A stretch of 64,000 nucleotides of DNA from Thermoplasmata archaeon. Its GTDB lineage: Archaea; Thermoplasmatota; Thermoplasmata; Thermoplasmatales; ARK-15. The notes under the pieces were generated by a model. That model was not told the DNA's origin. It searched no databases and saw nothing but the letters and a program-made list of their open reading frames with translations. Of this stretch, positions 1-9,543 are shown piece by piece (within the stretch, counting starts at the first letter, position 1; each line of letters begins with the position of its first letter). A program made the translations under genes and the position numbers. Where the stretch lies: positions 101,361-165,360 of the forward strand of contig JAVYRZ010000001.1 in NCBI GenBank assembly GCA_038729465.1. Reading direction: 5' to 3'.

Positions 1-1
1 A

Positions 2-598
2 GAGATACTGAAAACATATAAAATTCCAGTGCCAGCATATAAGATAATAAAAGGAGATTATATAAATCCAAATTTAAATTATCCATTGGCAATAAAGGTA
101 TCTGATCCAGAAATTTTGCATAAGACTGATGTAGGCGGAGTAATTTTAAATATAAAAGATGAGGCAGAGTTAATAAATAAATTTAATATTTTAAAAACTA
201 AGTTTCCAAGATCCAATATTTTGATAGAAGAAATGCAGAGGCCTGGTGTTGAGATAATAATAGGAATAATAAAAGATCCCACGTTCGGATTATCTATAAT
301 GTTCGGAATGGGCGGAATATATGCTGAGCTATACAAAGATGTGACATTCAGATTAATTCCAATAAGCAGAATCGATGCCGAAGAGATGTTAGAAGATATT
401 AAGGCAAAACAAATTTTTTATGGATTTAGAGGAATGAAGGTATACAGAGATGGAGTGATAGATTTATTATTGAAAATATCTAAAATTGCAGAAGATCTAA
501 AACAGTATATAAACCAGATGGATCTAAACCCTGTGTTTGTAAGAGAAAATGATATAGTAGTTGTAGATGCAAAAATGATAATTAACAGCAAAAAGTAA
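2..598 (+). CDS. ADP-forming acetyl-CoA synthetase (acetate--CoA ligase), ATP-grasp/beta domain; 5' end lies outside the window
   Basis: The frame is open from base 2 (EILKTYKIPVPAYK...), so the track start at 29 is internal. PLAIKV..ILHKTDVGGV and MDLNPVF segments are typical of the archaeal ACD ATP-grasp domain. Confidence 0.7.
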   Translation, partial: EILKTYKIPVPAYKIIKGDYINPNLNYPLAIKVSDPEILHKTDVGGVILNIKDEAELINKFNILKTKFPRSNILIEEMQRPGVEIIIGIIKDPTFGLSIMFGMGGIYAELYKDVTFRLIPISRIDAEEMLEDIKAKQIFYGFRGMKVYRDGVIDLLLKISKIAEDLKQYINQMDLNPVFVRENDIVVVDAKMIINSKK

Positions 599-637
599 TG
601 ATAAAGTTTTTAATCAGATGCAAATATCTCTTTCTCG

Positions 638-1930
638 ATGAATGATCGAGAATCAATAGTAAAGTATCTGATACGGGAAGGAAAGATCCCAGATCCTGAG
701 AGTATCGAGCAGGTCAGGAAGGAATGGAATGGAGAAAAAGATGAGAATGAGATTAAGGTTTTATCTGAAGACCCAGAGAATTTTATAGGGGGGAATCCGC
801 TTGAAAACTTTAAAAAGCTTTTTGCGGACAGATTTACAAATATCAAGAGCATAATTACCAGAAAGGCGGGATATGCTGGCGTAATGGATATAAATTATAT
901 TTTAAATACAGACGGAGAAGTAAGATTTGTGGGCATTGTGGACAATGTACACGAAACTAAGTATGGGTTTGCAATCGAATTTGAAGATCTTTCTGGCTCG
1001 ATTACAGGTTACTGTTCTCGAGATTTTAAGACTTTACCTATTAAAGATGATATAGTTGGGGTTACTGGAAACTTTAGAGCTGAGAAAAAAACATTGCAGG
1101 TAAGAAGCATAGATTATCCGAACATAGATAACTATTCAAAAAAGGAAAAAGTATTAGATGCAGATACTGTAATTGCTATGATCTCAGATATTCATGTGGG
1201 TAGCAAAATGTTTTTAGAAGAAAAATGGAACAAATTAATAGAATGGATAAATAGTAACAAAGATACCCCCAGTAAATTAAAATATATACTTATTGCGGGA
1301 GACGTTGTTGATGGTGTTGGAATATACCCAGATCAGAATTATGACCTTTTAATACTGGATATTTATGAACAGTATCAGAAACTTTCAGAGTATTTAAAAA
1401 AAATACCAGAAAACATAAAGATAGTTATTATTCCTGGAAATCATGACATAGTGAGGGTAGCAGAACCTCAACCATCCTTGCCAAAAGAGGTCCAGAGTAT
1501 GTTTAGTGAAAATATTATGTTTTTACCAAATCCAGCATATATCTCTATAGAAGGGTTAAAGATACTTATGTATCATGGTGGTAGCTTAAATGATATTGCA
1601 GAGCTTATACCAGGAATGAAATATAATGTTGCAGATAGAATGATGATGGAACTCATAAAGAGGAGGCATCTAGCACCGGTATATGGGAACAAGGTACCTA
1701 TCGTGCCTATGAGCAAGGATCTTATGGTAATAAAAGAGATACCTGATCTATTTATTACGGGTCATATACATACTTATTCCGCCAATGTTTTTAATGGAAT
1801 TGAGATAGTTAATGCATCAACATGGCAAGCGCAAACAAATTACCAAAAAATGCTTAATTTTAATCCAGATCCAGGGAAAGTTGCTATTAAGCAATTAAAC
1901 AAATTAGGAATCAGCACAATAGAATTTTAA
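638..1930 (+). CDS. polB: DNA polymerase II (PolD) small subunit DP1
   Basis: 430 aa with calcineurin-like phosphoesterase motifs ISDIHVGS, AGDVVDG, PGNHD and GHIH, preceded by an OB-fold-like region. This is the archaeal DP1 architecture. Confidence 0.85.
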   Translation: MNDRESIVKYLIREGKIPDPESIEQVRKEWNGEKDENEIKVLSEDPENFIGGNPLENFKKLFADRFTNIKSIITRKAGYAGVMDINYILNTDGEVRFVGIVDNVHETKYGFAIEFEDLSGSITGYCSRDFKTLPIKDDIVGVTGNFRAEKKTLQVRSIDYPNIDNYSKKEKVLDADTVIAMISDIHVGSKMFLEEKWNKLIEWINSNKDTPSKLKYILIAGDVVDGVGIYPDQNYDLLILDIYEQYQKLSEYLKKIPENIKIVIIPGNHDIVRVAEPQPSLPKEVQSMFSENIMFLPNPAYISIEGLKILMYHGGSLNDIAELIPGMKYNVADRMMMELIKRRHLAPVYGNKVPIVPMSKDLMVIKEIPDLFITGHIHTYSANVFNGIEIVNASTWQAQTNYQKMLNFNPDPGKVAIKQLNKLGISTIEF

Positions 1931-1942
1931 AAAAATAAATAG

Positions 1943-2872
1943 TTATTGTATCGAACCGATCTTAATTATGTACTCTTTGTATTCTTTTGCTATATAGGAT
2001 TCTTGAAATATTTCTTTTGCCTCTTTTTCCAGCTTGTAAAGGTCATCTGATAATTTGTATCTTGGACTTATGTGCGCAAGCAATAACATTTTACAATTTG
2101 CTTTTTTAGCAATCTCCGCTGCCTGCCTTGAAGACGAATGACCATAATCATTAGCCTTTTCTTCAAACTCAGAGCCTGTAGTGGAATCATGCACTAGAAT
2201 ATCACAATTCATTGCGAAGTTAGCCAAATCTGCCATTGGAGCAGTATCTCCTGTATAAACAATTTTTCTACCGGTTCTCGTGCCAGCTATTATATCTTTA
2301 AAATATACTTTTCCATTATTTTTTAAAATATATCCTTGGTCCCTCAGGACCTTTACTTCTTTGCTTTTAATGTTGTACATATCCATTTTTTCCTTAGAAA
2401 TCTTGAGTTGGGATTTCTCTTCAACAGAATAAGCAAGGGTAAATACCGGATGGAACACTCTTTTTGTTTTAACAGAATAACTTCCAAAGTCCAGCTCTTC
2501 ATTATCAGATAACTCTATGATTTTAATATTGAATGGCAAGCTATAGTATCCAATCTGCAAGAAAGAAGATATCATGTTGATAGCATTTTCCGGGCCGTAT
2601 ATTTCCAGATCATTTTTCCTGTTATTAAGAGCCATTGTCTGTATCAACCCAGCCAACCCCAAAAAGTGATCACCGTGAAAATGAGATATGAATATTTTTG
2701 ATATTTTCATAAAACTCATTGAAGAACTCATAATCGCCTTTTGTGTGCCTTCTGGGCAATCAAATAATAAAATCTCGCTATCTATCTGCACTCCTAATGA
2801 TATTAAATTTCTCTCAGGTACTGGCCAAGAACCGCCTATTCCAAAAAACACCAGCTTGAATGTAGATACCAT
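1943..2872 (-). CDS. rnz: Ribonuclease Z (tRNA 3' endonuclease), metallo-beta-lactamase fold
   Basis: 309 aa with an HFHGDH motif, FGIGGSWP N-terminus and LLAHISPRY C-terminal motif. Confidence 0.85.
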   Translation of the reverse strand: MVSTFKLVFFGIGGSWPVPERNLISLGVQIDSEILLFDCPEGTQKAIMSSSMSFMKISKIFISHFHGDHFLGLAGLIQTMALNNRKNDLEIYGPENAINMISSFLQIGYYSLPFNIKIIELSDNEELDFGSYSVKTKRVFHPVFTLAYSVEEKSQLKISKEKMDMYNIKSKEVKVLRDQGYILKNNGKVYFKDIIAGTRTGRKIVYTGDTAPMADLANFAMNCDILVHDSTTGSEFEEKANDYGHSSSRQAAEIAKKANCKMLLLAHISPRYKLSDDLYKLEKEAKEIFQESYIAKEYKEYIIKIGSIQ

Positions 2873-2965
2873 ACAGAATGGTAATGTGTCTCTTTATAAG
2901 AACATTTTTAGTTTTTATGATTATGCAGATAAATCTTTAAATATAAAGTTGTAATTGTGAAATTA

Positions 2966-3065
2966 CCCGGCTTAGCTCAGAGGTAGAGCGGCGGACTGTA
3001 GTGTTGGCATAGAAATTTCCGCCGCAGAAATCCGCTTGTCCCCGGTTCGACTCCGGGAGCCGGGA
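2966..3065 (+). tRNA. tRNA-Tyr (anticodon GTA at 2998-3000) with a 28-nt intron at the canonical 37/38 position (about 3002-3029)
   Basis: Hand-folded cloverleaf: acceptor cccggct/agccggg, D arm gctc/gagc, anticodon stem gcgga/tccgc restored only after removing tgttggcatagaaatttccgccgcagaa, T arm cccgg-ttcgact-ccggg. Confidence 0.85.
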
Positions 3066-3163
3066 CTATTTTAAAAATCAACTTGCTTTGGCAATATTTG
3101 AATAAAACATTATAATGATCATAAAAAAGTTACGCATCTTATTTAAGATGCTATATTTAAAAA

Positions 3164-4573
3164 TTAAGAAGGTACTTCTATGACTAACTTTTCATTTGAA
3201 GCATCTTCCAGAGATTTTCTCATAGGCTCTTTCAAAAAGAATGATGTTATACCTCCAATAATCGATATCACGCCCAGCAACAGCAACAGTTCCTTTATGC
3301 CGATTACCAACAAGAGAGTAGGGAAAAGGAAAGTGCTTATTGCTGCACCCGTTTTTCCAGCTGCTGCAGATAAGCCATGTCCAGTGGTTCTGTATCTTAC
3401 TGGGAAAAGCTCTGCGGGCAATATGAATGTGGTTTGATTTGGTCCAAAATCTATGAAGAAAAATGTAAGTGAATACAGTAAAAATGCTATATCGACAGGT
3501 ATAATAAATCCCACAACCTTAACTCCTTTAGTTATCATCACAGAAGATACAATAATATATAAGATAGCCATCATAAAGAACCCCTGGATCTGAATGGTCT
3601 TTCTTCCCATCTTATCCAGAAGTGCTACAGCAGTAAAATAACCAAAGAATCCGACCATGAACGGCAATCCAGCAATCAATACTTTCATTGGTAAACTTGT
3701 TGAAGGAAGTATGCTGGAAACTATAGGACTTGAATATATACCCGTGCCATAAAAAGCCATATCTAGCATAAACCAGGTGCTCATAGTTATTACAAGTGTT
3801 TTCCAGTAAGATCTAATAAAGATTGAGAAAGTAGACACTTTTGTAGACGCTTTAATATTTTCAGCATTTTTTACGCCCACTACTTCTTTGGCTTTCTCAG
3901 TTATATCTTTGTTATTATTAACGAGCAAAGAATATCTCGGTGTTTCAGGCAGCTTTCTTCTTAAATATATTACCGTAAAAGCTGGAATTGCCCCAAAAGC
4001 CAGCATGAATCTCCAAGCAAAATCTGCAGGTAAAGCAATAACAGAAATAACCCCAACAGCCACTGCAACAACGGATCCTATGCCTTGGTTTGCAAAAACC
4101 AATCCTATAAGTTTACCACGATCTTTAGTGTTAGAATATTCGCTCATTATAGTTGCGCTAACTGGATAGTCTCCGCCAATCCCAATACCAACTAAAAATC
4201 TGGTAAGGAAGAGAAAAATAAAGCTTGGAGAAAAAGCGCTCAATACAGCGCCTATGGCCAATATAGTAGCTTCAATGCCATAAACCTTCTTTCTACCGAA
4301 AATATCAGCAATTCTTCCAAATAATAGCTGCCCGATTACAGCGGCAGCTATGGCAGAAGTTCCTATAAGGGCAGCCTGTATAGTATCTAGATGGAACGTT
4401 GTGGAAAATGGTCCAGTAAGAAGTATCAGAACTATTCCGATAATAAATAGGTCATATGCGTCAGTAAAAAAACCCATGCCTGATGTAAACCATATTTTAA
4501 GATGTCCCATGTTCAATCTTACAGAATCGACATCTTCAAATGGACTTTTTTCATTCATATTTTTAATCACCAA
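3164..4573 (-). CDS. MFS transporter of the Pho84/PHT1 (PHS) phosphate:H+ symporter type
   Basis: 469 aa, about 12 TM. N-terminal SGMGFFTDAYDLFIIG signature, GRIADIFGRKK loop, PETPRY motif. Divergent from a PhoU-domain gene. Confidence 0.75.
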   Translation of the reverse strand: MVIKNMNEKSPFEDVDSVRLNMGHLKIWFTSGMGFFTDAYDLFIIGIVLILLTGPFSTTFHLDTIQAALIGTSAIAAAVIGQLLFGRIADIFGRKKVYGIEATILAIGAVLSAFSPSFIFLFLTRFLVGIGIGGDYPVSATIMSEYSNTKDRGKLIGLVFANQGIGSVVAVAVGVISVIALPADFAWRFMLAFGAIPAFTVIYLRRKLPETPRYSLLVNNNKDITEKAKEVVGVKNAENIKASTKVSTFSIFIRSYWKTLVITMSTWFMLDMAFYGTGIYSSPIVSSILPSTSLPMKVLIAGLPFMVGFFGYFTAVALLDKMGRKTIQIQGFFMMAILYIIVSSVMITKGVKVVGFIIPVDIAFLLYSLTFFFIDFGPNQTTFILPAELFPVRYRTTGHGLSAAAGKTGAAISTFLFPTLLLVIGIKELLLLLGVISIIGGITSFFLKEPMRKSLEDASNEKLVIEVPS

Positions 4574-4677
4574 TAAATGTAAAGTCTACAAATTATATAT
4601 ATATTTATTACATAATCTATATACCTATATATATAATATATAAAAATGTAATGTTTATATAGGAAAAAGAGATTATT

Positions 4678-5685
4678 ATGTTTATGGAATACAGAAAACT
4701 CCAAAAAACTGGCGGAGCAACATATATTTTATCTCTTCCAAAAAAATGGATCACAACAAATAATCTTAAAGAAGGGGACATGTTAGGCATAGATATCATG
4801 TCTGGTGGAGAATTGCGAGTTCACACAAAAATTAATACTGTGGAAGAATTGCGAGAGATAACTTTATTTATAGAAGAAGGGCAGAATGAAAATCAGGTTA
4901 TACGAAAACTTATCGCTCTATATTTAGCTGGGTATAATATTGTAAAGATTGTTACACAAAAGGTAATTACTGAACAAACGAGGAAAGCGATAAAAAAGTT
5001 TTGTGCCTTAGTAATTGGTGTAGAAATAATAGAAGAAAAATCAAATACGATAGTGCTTCAGGACCTATCTAATACTGTTGAATTGCCCATGAACAAGATG
5101 CTGAACAGAATGTATATTATGTGTGAAAATATGGTTAATGACAGTAAGACATGCTTTGCGCAATATGATGAATCTTTTGCAAAGGAAATTATTGAAAGGG
5201 ATGTTCAGGTAGACAGGATTTACTGGCTTATTTCCAAACAATATAATTTGTCACTTCGAAGCCCAAGTTTTGCTGAAAAAATGAATATTAACTTAATAAC
5301 AGCACTTAACACAAGATCCGTGGCAAAATCTATTGAAAGAATAAGTGATCATGCAGAAAATATAGTATCTATAATTAACACAATACGACATTTTGACATT
5401 AAAAAAGAACAAATAAAAGAAATAATTTCTTTATTTGACAGAGCAATAGATATACTAAAAAAATCATACAGATCATATATTTTAAAAGATGGAAACATGG
5501 CAAATGAAGTCATAGAAAATGCAGAAATATTCTCTTTTGAAGCGCAGAAGAATATTAATGAGCTTGAGGAAAAAAGATACAAAAACTTTGTTGCACTTTC
5601 ATTTATTATAGAAAGCCTCATAAGAATATGTATGTACTCAGCAGATATCTGTGAAACGGCTATTAATGAAGATATAAGAGAATAA
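4678..5685 (+). CDS. Phosphate uptake regulator, AbrB/SpoVT-like N-terminal domain fused to PhoU repeats
   Basis: N-terminus LQKTGGATYILSLPKKWI..LKEGD (AbrB/SpoVT swapped-hairpin type), then PhoU-like helical repeats (RDVQVDRIYWLI, ERISDHAENI). Confidence 0.75.
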   Translation: MFMEYRKLQKTGGATYILSLPKKWITTNNLKEGDMLGIDIMSGGELRVHTKINTVEELREITLFIEEGQNENQVIRKLIALYLAGYNIVKIVTQKVITEQTRKAIKKFCALVIGVEIIEEKSNTIVLQDLSNTVELPMNKMLNRMYIMCENMVNDSKTCFAQYDESFAKEIIERDVQVDRIYWLISKQYNLSLRSPSFAEKMNINLITALNTRSVAKSIERISDHAENIVSIINTIRHFDIKKEQIKEIISLFDRAIDILKKSYRSYILKDGNMANEVIENAEIFSFEAQKNINELEEKRYKNFVALSFIIESLIRICMYSADICETAINEDIRE

Positions 5686-5706
5686 ATCTCACAGTGAGTA
5701 TTGGGG

Positions 5707-6345
5707 ATGAAATTAAATATGTATGATTTGATTGAAAAAATAAAAGAGTTAAAAAAATCAAAGCTGAATATAGAGATTGAGAACAGAATAAATGAATTTG
5801 AGAATATGCAAAAAAAAGATTCTAGATGTTGGTTCTCAGAGCTTTGTTTCTGCATATTAACCGCTAACTCTTCAGCAGAAAGTGGCATAAAAGCTCAAAA
5901 AAACATTAGTAAAGACGGGTTTTGCACATATTCTTTTGAGGATTTGAGAGAAAGATTAAAGAGTATAGGGTACAGATTCTACAATAAGAGAGCTGAATAT
6001 ATAATTGAAAACCAAAAATATTGCGATAAAATAAAAGAGAATTTGTTGAGTTTAGAAGATAGCGATAAAAGAAGAGCATGGCTTATCTCGAACGTGAAGG
6101 GGATTGGTTATAAAGAAGCATCTCATTTCTTGAGAAATATTGGATACAAAGACATGGCCATTATTGACAGGCACATTTTAAACATACTTCATGAAAGCGG
6201 GTACATAACAAGTAAAAAAATAAATGCAAAAAAATACATAGAGTATGAGAACATATTGAAAGAAATAGCTAAAAAATGCGAATTAGATCTGGCAAAATTG
6301 GACCTTTATCTGTGGTATATTAAAACAAAAAAGATTTTAAAATAA
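5707..6345 (+). CDS. ogg: 8-oxoguanine DNA glycosylase/AP lyase, archaeal Ogg2 type (HhH-GPD)
   Basis: HhH-GPD segment VKGIGYKEASHFLRNIGYKDMAIIDRHIL. ATG at 5707 preferred over the TTG at 5701. Confidence 0.75.
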   Translation: MKLNMYDLIEKIKELKKSKLNIEIENRINEFENMQKKDSRCWFSELCFCILTANSSAESGIKAQKNISKDGFCTYSFEDLRERLKSIGYRFYNKRAEYIIENQKYCDKIKENLLSLEDSDKRRAWLISNVKGIGYKEASHFLRNIGYKDMAIIDRHILNILHESGYITSKKINAKKYIEYENILKEIAKKCELDLAKLDLYLWYIKTKKILK

Positions 6346-6347
6346 AT

Positions 6348-7799
6348 CTATCTGTAGAATGGAGTGCATGGTATGTCTTTGTGTTGTGCTTCTTTTATTT
6401 CACTACAAGCCTCTTCCCATTCTGGTTTTTGAATTTTCCTGTACGTCATATTAAAATATTTTAATATTCCTTCAACTGCTTTATTTCCATCCGCCACAGC
6501 TGTAATAAAGTCCTTGGTTTTGTTAACAGCATCTCCCCCTGCAAAAATCTTTGGATTTGAAGTTTGACCAACAGAATTTACAATAATTTCATCATGTTTG
6601 ATATCTACAGTTTTTAATAGTTCAGGAGGTAATAGAGACGAATCAAAAACCTGACCAGTAGCCTCAATGACATAGTCTATGTTTATAAAATACTCGGTAT
6701 CTTTTATTGGCACGGGTGAAGCACGCGTTCCTTCTTTTATCATTCTGTTTTTCCAGTACTTAATTCCCACGATCCTATCATTTTCTTTCACGTATTCGAA
6801 GGGGGTAACTTCCCACATAAATTCCACACCTTCTTCCAAGGCCTCTTCCAGTTCTTCCTCAGCATTGCTGGTGCCATAACCAGGTCTGTCTACTTCTCTT
6901 CTTCTATACATGATCACTACTTTTTTTGCACCAAACCTCAAAGCAGTTCTTGCCGAGTCCATTGCCGTAAATCCACCACCTACTATCGCCACGTTTTCCC
7001 CAATTTCCAGGCTTTCTCCAAGATTTGCTTTTCTTAAAAAGTCTAGGGCATGGGAAAAATTTTTTGCATCAGAACCTTTAGTGCCGGTAAATCTAGGTTT
7101 CATTGTACCGCCACCAATATACACTGCATCAAAGTTGTCTAATAAATACTCAAACGTTATATCTTTTCCAATTGTTACATTATACTTAATGTCTATCCCT
7201 AATGAAAGTATAAAATTTACATCTTTCATTATCTTCTCAAATGGTAATCTATATTTCGGTATGCCCAGCATAAGCATTCCTGCAGCTACAGGAGCAGCCT
7301 CAAAAATTGTGCATTTTACGCCATACAAGGTCAGATAATATGCTACAGTAAGTCCTGAAGGACCGGCTCCAACAATCGCCACTTTTTTACCAGAATCTGG
7401 AGCTTTTACTAAATTTAATGCTTTTCCATAATCTTCTACATGTTCGGCCGCAAATCTCTTTAAATGCCTTATTGCTATTGGCTCTTTATAAACGCAGGCA
7501 TCTTCGCAGTTATGTGTGCAAATATATCCGCATATGAGGGGTAATGGTAAGTCTCTGAATATTATTTTTATTGCAAGATCATTGTCATGCCTCGCGATGG
7601 CTTTAACATAACCAGGAATGTCTAATCTATCAGGACAACCTTCTATACATAGACCGCATCCAAGGCATCTTTTAGCCTCTTCATATCCTTCTTCATCTGT
7701 GTAAGCAAGAATGACAGGCATTTTAAAATCTGAAATCCTTTTTTTAGGATCTTCAGTTTTTATTTTAACTCTTTCAAAATCTAATTTTTGGTCTAACAT
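6348..7799 (-). CDS. GltD-like NAD(P)H-dependent FAD oxidoreductase with N-terminal Fe-S domain (glutamate synthase small-chain family)
   Basis: 483 aa with CxxCxxC..CP cluster motifs (CLGCGLCIEGCP), two dinucleotide folds VAIVGAGPSG and VAIVGGGFTAMD, and GGDA motif. Confidence 0.75.
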   Translation of the reverse strand: MLDQKLDFERVKIKTEDPKKRISDFKMPVILAYTDEEGYEEAKRCLGCGLCIEGCPDRLDIPGYVKAIARHDNDLAIKIIFRDLPLPLICGYICTHNCEDACVYKEPIAIRHLKRFAAEHVEDYGKALNLVKAPDSGKKVAIVGAGPSGLTVAYYLTLYGVKCTIFEAAPVAAGMLMLGIPKYRLPFEKIMKDVNFILSLGIDIKYNVTIGKDITFEYLLDNFDAVYIGGGTMKPRFTGTKGSDAKNFSHALDFLRKANLGESLEIGENVAIVGGGFTAMDSARTALRFGAKKVVIMYRRREVDRPGYGTSNAEEELEEALEEGVEFMWEVTPFEYVKENDRIVGIKYWKNRMIKEGTRASPVPIKDTEYFINIDYVIEATGQVFDSSLLPPELLKTVDIKHDEIIVNSVGQTSNPKIFAGGDAVNKTKDFITAVADGNKAVEGILKYFNMTYRKIQKPEWEEACSEIKEAQHKDIPCTPFYR

Positions 7800-7921
7800 T
7801 GAGATGGTAATAACTCATTAATATAAAAAATTTGTAGTGGTATGCAAAATTATAATTATTGGTTATACAGTTTAAAAATATTATATAAAGATATGTTAAA
7901 TAGCAATAAAATAACGTTAAA

Positions 7922-9115
7922 CTATGTTTTAGCAACGATCTTTATAACATCTCCGTCTTTTAAGATGTGGTCACTACCAATAATTTTCTTGGTTTTTGCA
8001 TCTATGCCACGTATAAAGTTTTCACCTAGATCTGTATGAACTTTGTACGCGAGATCTATTGCAGTAGAACCATTCTTTACTAGATATACGTCTGGAAGAA
8101 CATTTCCATTTTTGTCACACCATTTACTTTCATCTTCGACAGGATAAACAGATATCAGATCCAGCAGAGTAAAAGTTGTATACTCTAAGACAGATTGAAC
8201 ACCAGTACCTCCAAACCTGCTCATATACTCTGAAATTCTGTCAAGTGCTTTTTTTTGTTGGTCTGTAAGTGAATCAGGCCTTAATATTTTAAAATCTTTT
8301 GCACCAGGATAATATTCAATAAGGCCAGCCTTCTTTGCTTTCAATAGGGCCAGTTCATAATCTGCTGAAGTAGGTATAATCTTATAGTCACTATTTTTAA
8401 ACTTTTTAATAAACTCCTCTGGAGTTTTATCCGCCTTATTTGCGGCGATGAGTATGGGCTTAGAAAGGTGCAGAATATTCTTGGACAACCTCAAAAAGTC
8501 TTCATCTTTCCATTTTGTAGGAGCATCCAGGTAAGAATCTTTTACAGCTCTGATCACCTCATTTTCTGAGATTCCAAGTCCAGTCAACTGTTCGTATATT
8601 ACGGTCTCTATTTTTATGTTTTCAGACTCTATTTTCCTAGCCATCTTTTTAAAATTGCTTTCAATTATGTCTTTAATCCAGTAAGATATTTCATTTTCCA
8701 GAAAAGAGATGTCATCCATAGGATTGTGAGATCCTAGATCCACAGTATTTCCCTCAAAATCAGTGCTTCCAGAAATATCTATAATATGTATTAATGCCTT
8801 GGCATTTCTCAGATCATCCAGAAATTTATTTCCCAGCCCTTTTCCTAAATGTGCATTTGGAACTAAACCCGCCACATCAATTAATTCTACAGGTATGTAA
8901 CGTACATCATTCTGGCAAATTGAGTTTCTTGGGTTGCATGGTTTTCCTAAAATAGTATGGGCACAAGGTTTTCTTACATAACCGATGCCACGATTTGCAG
9001 AAATGGTTGTGAAAGGATAGTTTGCAATAGGAACCTCATGCATAGTAAGTGCCGAAAAAAAAGTAGATTTCCCCACATTTGGCTTACCTACTAAACCAAT
9101 CTGCATAGTTACCAT
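7922..9115 (-). CDS. OBG/YchF-type GTPase with C-terminal TGS domain (Ygr210/MJ1332-like)
   Basis: G1 GKPNVGKSTFF, G3 DVAGLV, NKAD G4 motif, TGS-like end DGDVIKI. The start could be the ATG at 9106. Confidence 0.8.
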   Translation of the reverse strand: MVTMQIGLVGKPNVGKSTFFSALTMHEVPIANYPFTTISANRGIGYVRKPCAHTILGKPCNPRNSICQNDVRYIPVELIDVAGLVPNAHLGKGLGNKFLDDLRNAKALIHIIDISGSTDFEGNTVDLGSHNPMDDISFLENEISYWIKDIIESNFKKMARKIESENIKIETVIYEQLTGLGISENEVIRAVKDSYLDAPTKWKDEDFLRLSKNILHLSKPILIAANKADKTPEEFIKKFKNSDYKIIPTSADYELALLKAKKAGLIEYYPGAKDFKILRPDSLTDQQKKALDRISEYMSRFGGTGVQSVLEYTTFTLLDLISVYPVEDESKWCDKNGNVLPDVYLVKNGSTAIDLAYKVHTDLGENFIRGIDAKTKKIIGSDHILKDGDVIKIVAKT

Positions 9116-9543
9116 TTTACATGCACTTTTACAAGATCTAGCCCCTTAGGGCAATCAATTTTTTCGCCAACATCTATAATTGTAATTTTCATGCCATCTT
9201 TGAGACCCAACATTTTACAAAAGCTGTAATTATCACAGTCAATATTATCACAGTTGAGTTCAGAGTATGTAATTATGCCCCCATCAATCGCTTGTTTCTT
9301 TGGCAAGTTCAATTGGGCAGGAATCTCCTCTATCTCAATGCTTACCACTTTATTATCCTGGTACAATATACAAGCATGTTCTTTCGCTCTTAATCCTGTA
9401 ATTCTGTAAAATTTTCCAAAATCTAGGTCAAAGCATACATTTTTTAAAGAACAATCTTTGCAATCTACCAGAGGCCCCAAAAACTGAAAAACAGTTCCGG
9501 GTTTAGCAAGTTTTTTACTAATTAAAGTTACGCTAACTTTCAT
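9109..9543 (-). CDS. Conserved archaeal Cys-rich protein, UPF0179-like
   Basis: 144 aa with several conserved Cys. Tightly overlapped between egsA and the GTPase gene. Family assignment is from memory of the UPF0179 size and pattern. Confidence 0.5.
   Translation of the reverse strand: MKVSVTLISKKLAKPGTVFQFLGPLVDCKDCSLKNVCFDLDFGKFYRITGLRAKEHACILYQDNKVVSIEIEEIPAQLNLPKKQAIDGGIITYSELNCDNIDCDNYSFCKMLGLKDGMKITIIDVGEKIDCPKGLDLVKVHVKW

Noticed and set aside
79-336. Many track ORFs lie antisense to, or out of frame within, long well-supported genes. Examples: 79-336, 610-852, 2688-2954, 3180-3437, 3888-4169, 4350-4643, 5349-5888, 6679-6879, 6910-7338, 10234-10611, 11949-12296, 14199-14618, 15982-16350, 16573-16785, 18628-18972, 19472-21717 (a series), 22158-22703, 24743-24970, 31899-32342, 32475-33219, 33540-33871, 34554-35240, 38573-38989, 39986-40286, 42124-42348, 43470-43664, 45693-46112, 47034-47297, 49421-50908, 51484-52491, 53649-54820, 55774-56126, 56861-57127, 57532-58353, 58885-60171, 60430-60618, 61147-61456, 62175-62522, 63071-63757.
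   Set aside because: These are shadow ORFs. Low-complexity, Ser/Ile/Phe/Leu-rich translations are typical of the antisense of AT-rich coding DNA. They have no motifs, and each is fully covered by a gene with strong family signatures on the other strand or in another frame.
4617-4799. Small ORFs in AT-rich spacers or island gaps: 4617-4799, 7842-8039, 10496-10702, 10755-10988, 43058-43306, 45227-45409, 45485-45682, 48082-48270, 63781-63969.
   Set aside because: They overlap promoters or the 5' ends of real genes and translate to low-complexity I/L/F/Y/N-rich peptides. This is the expected random-ORF background in AT-rich DNA.
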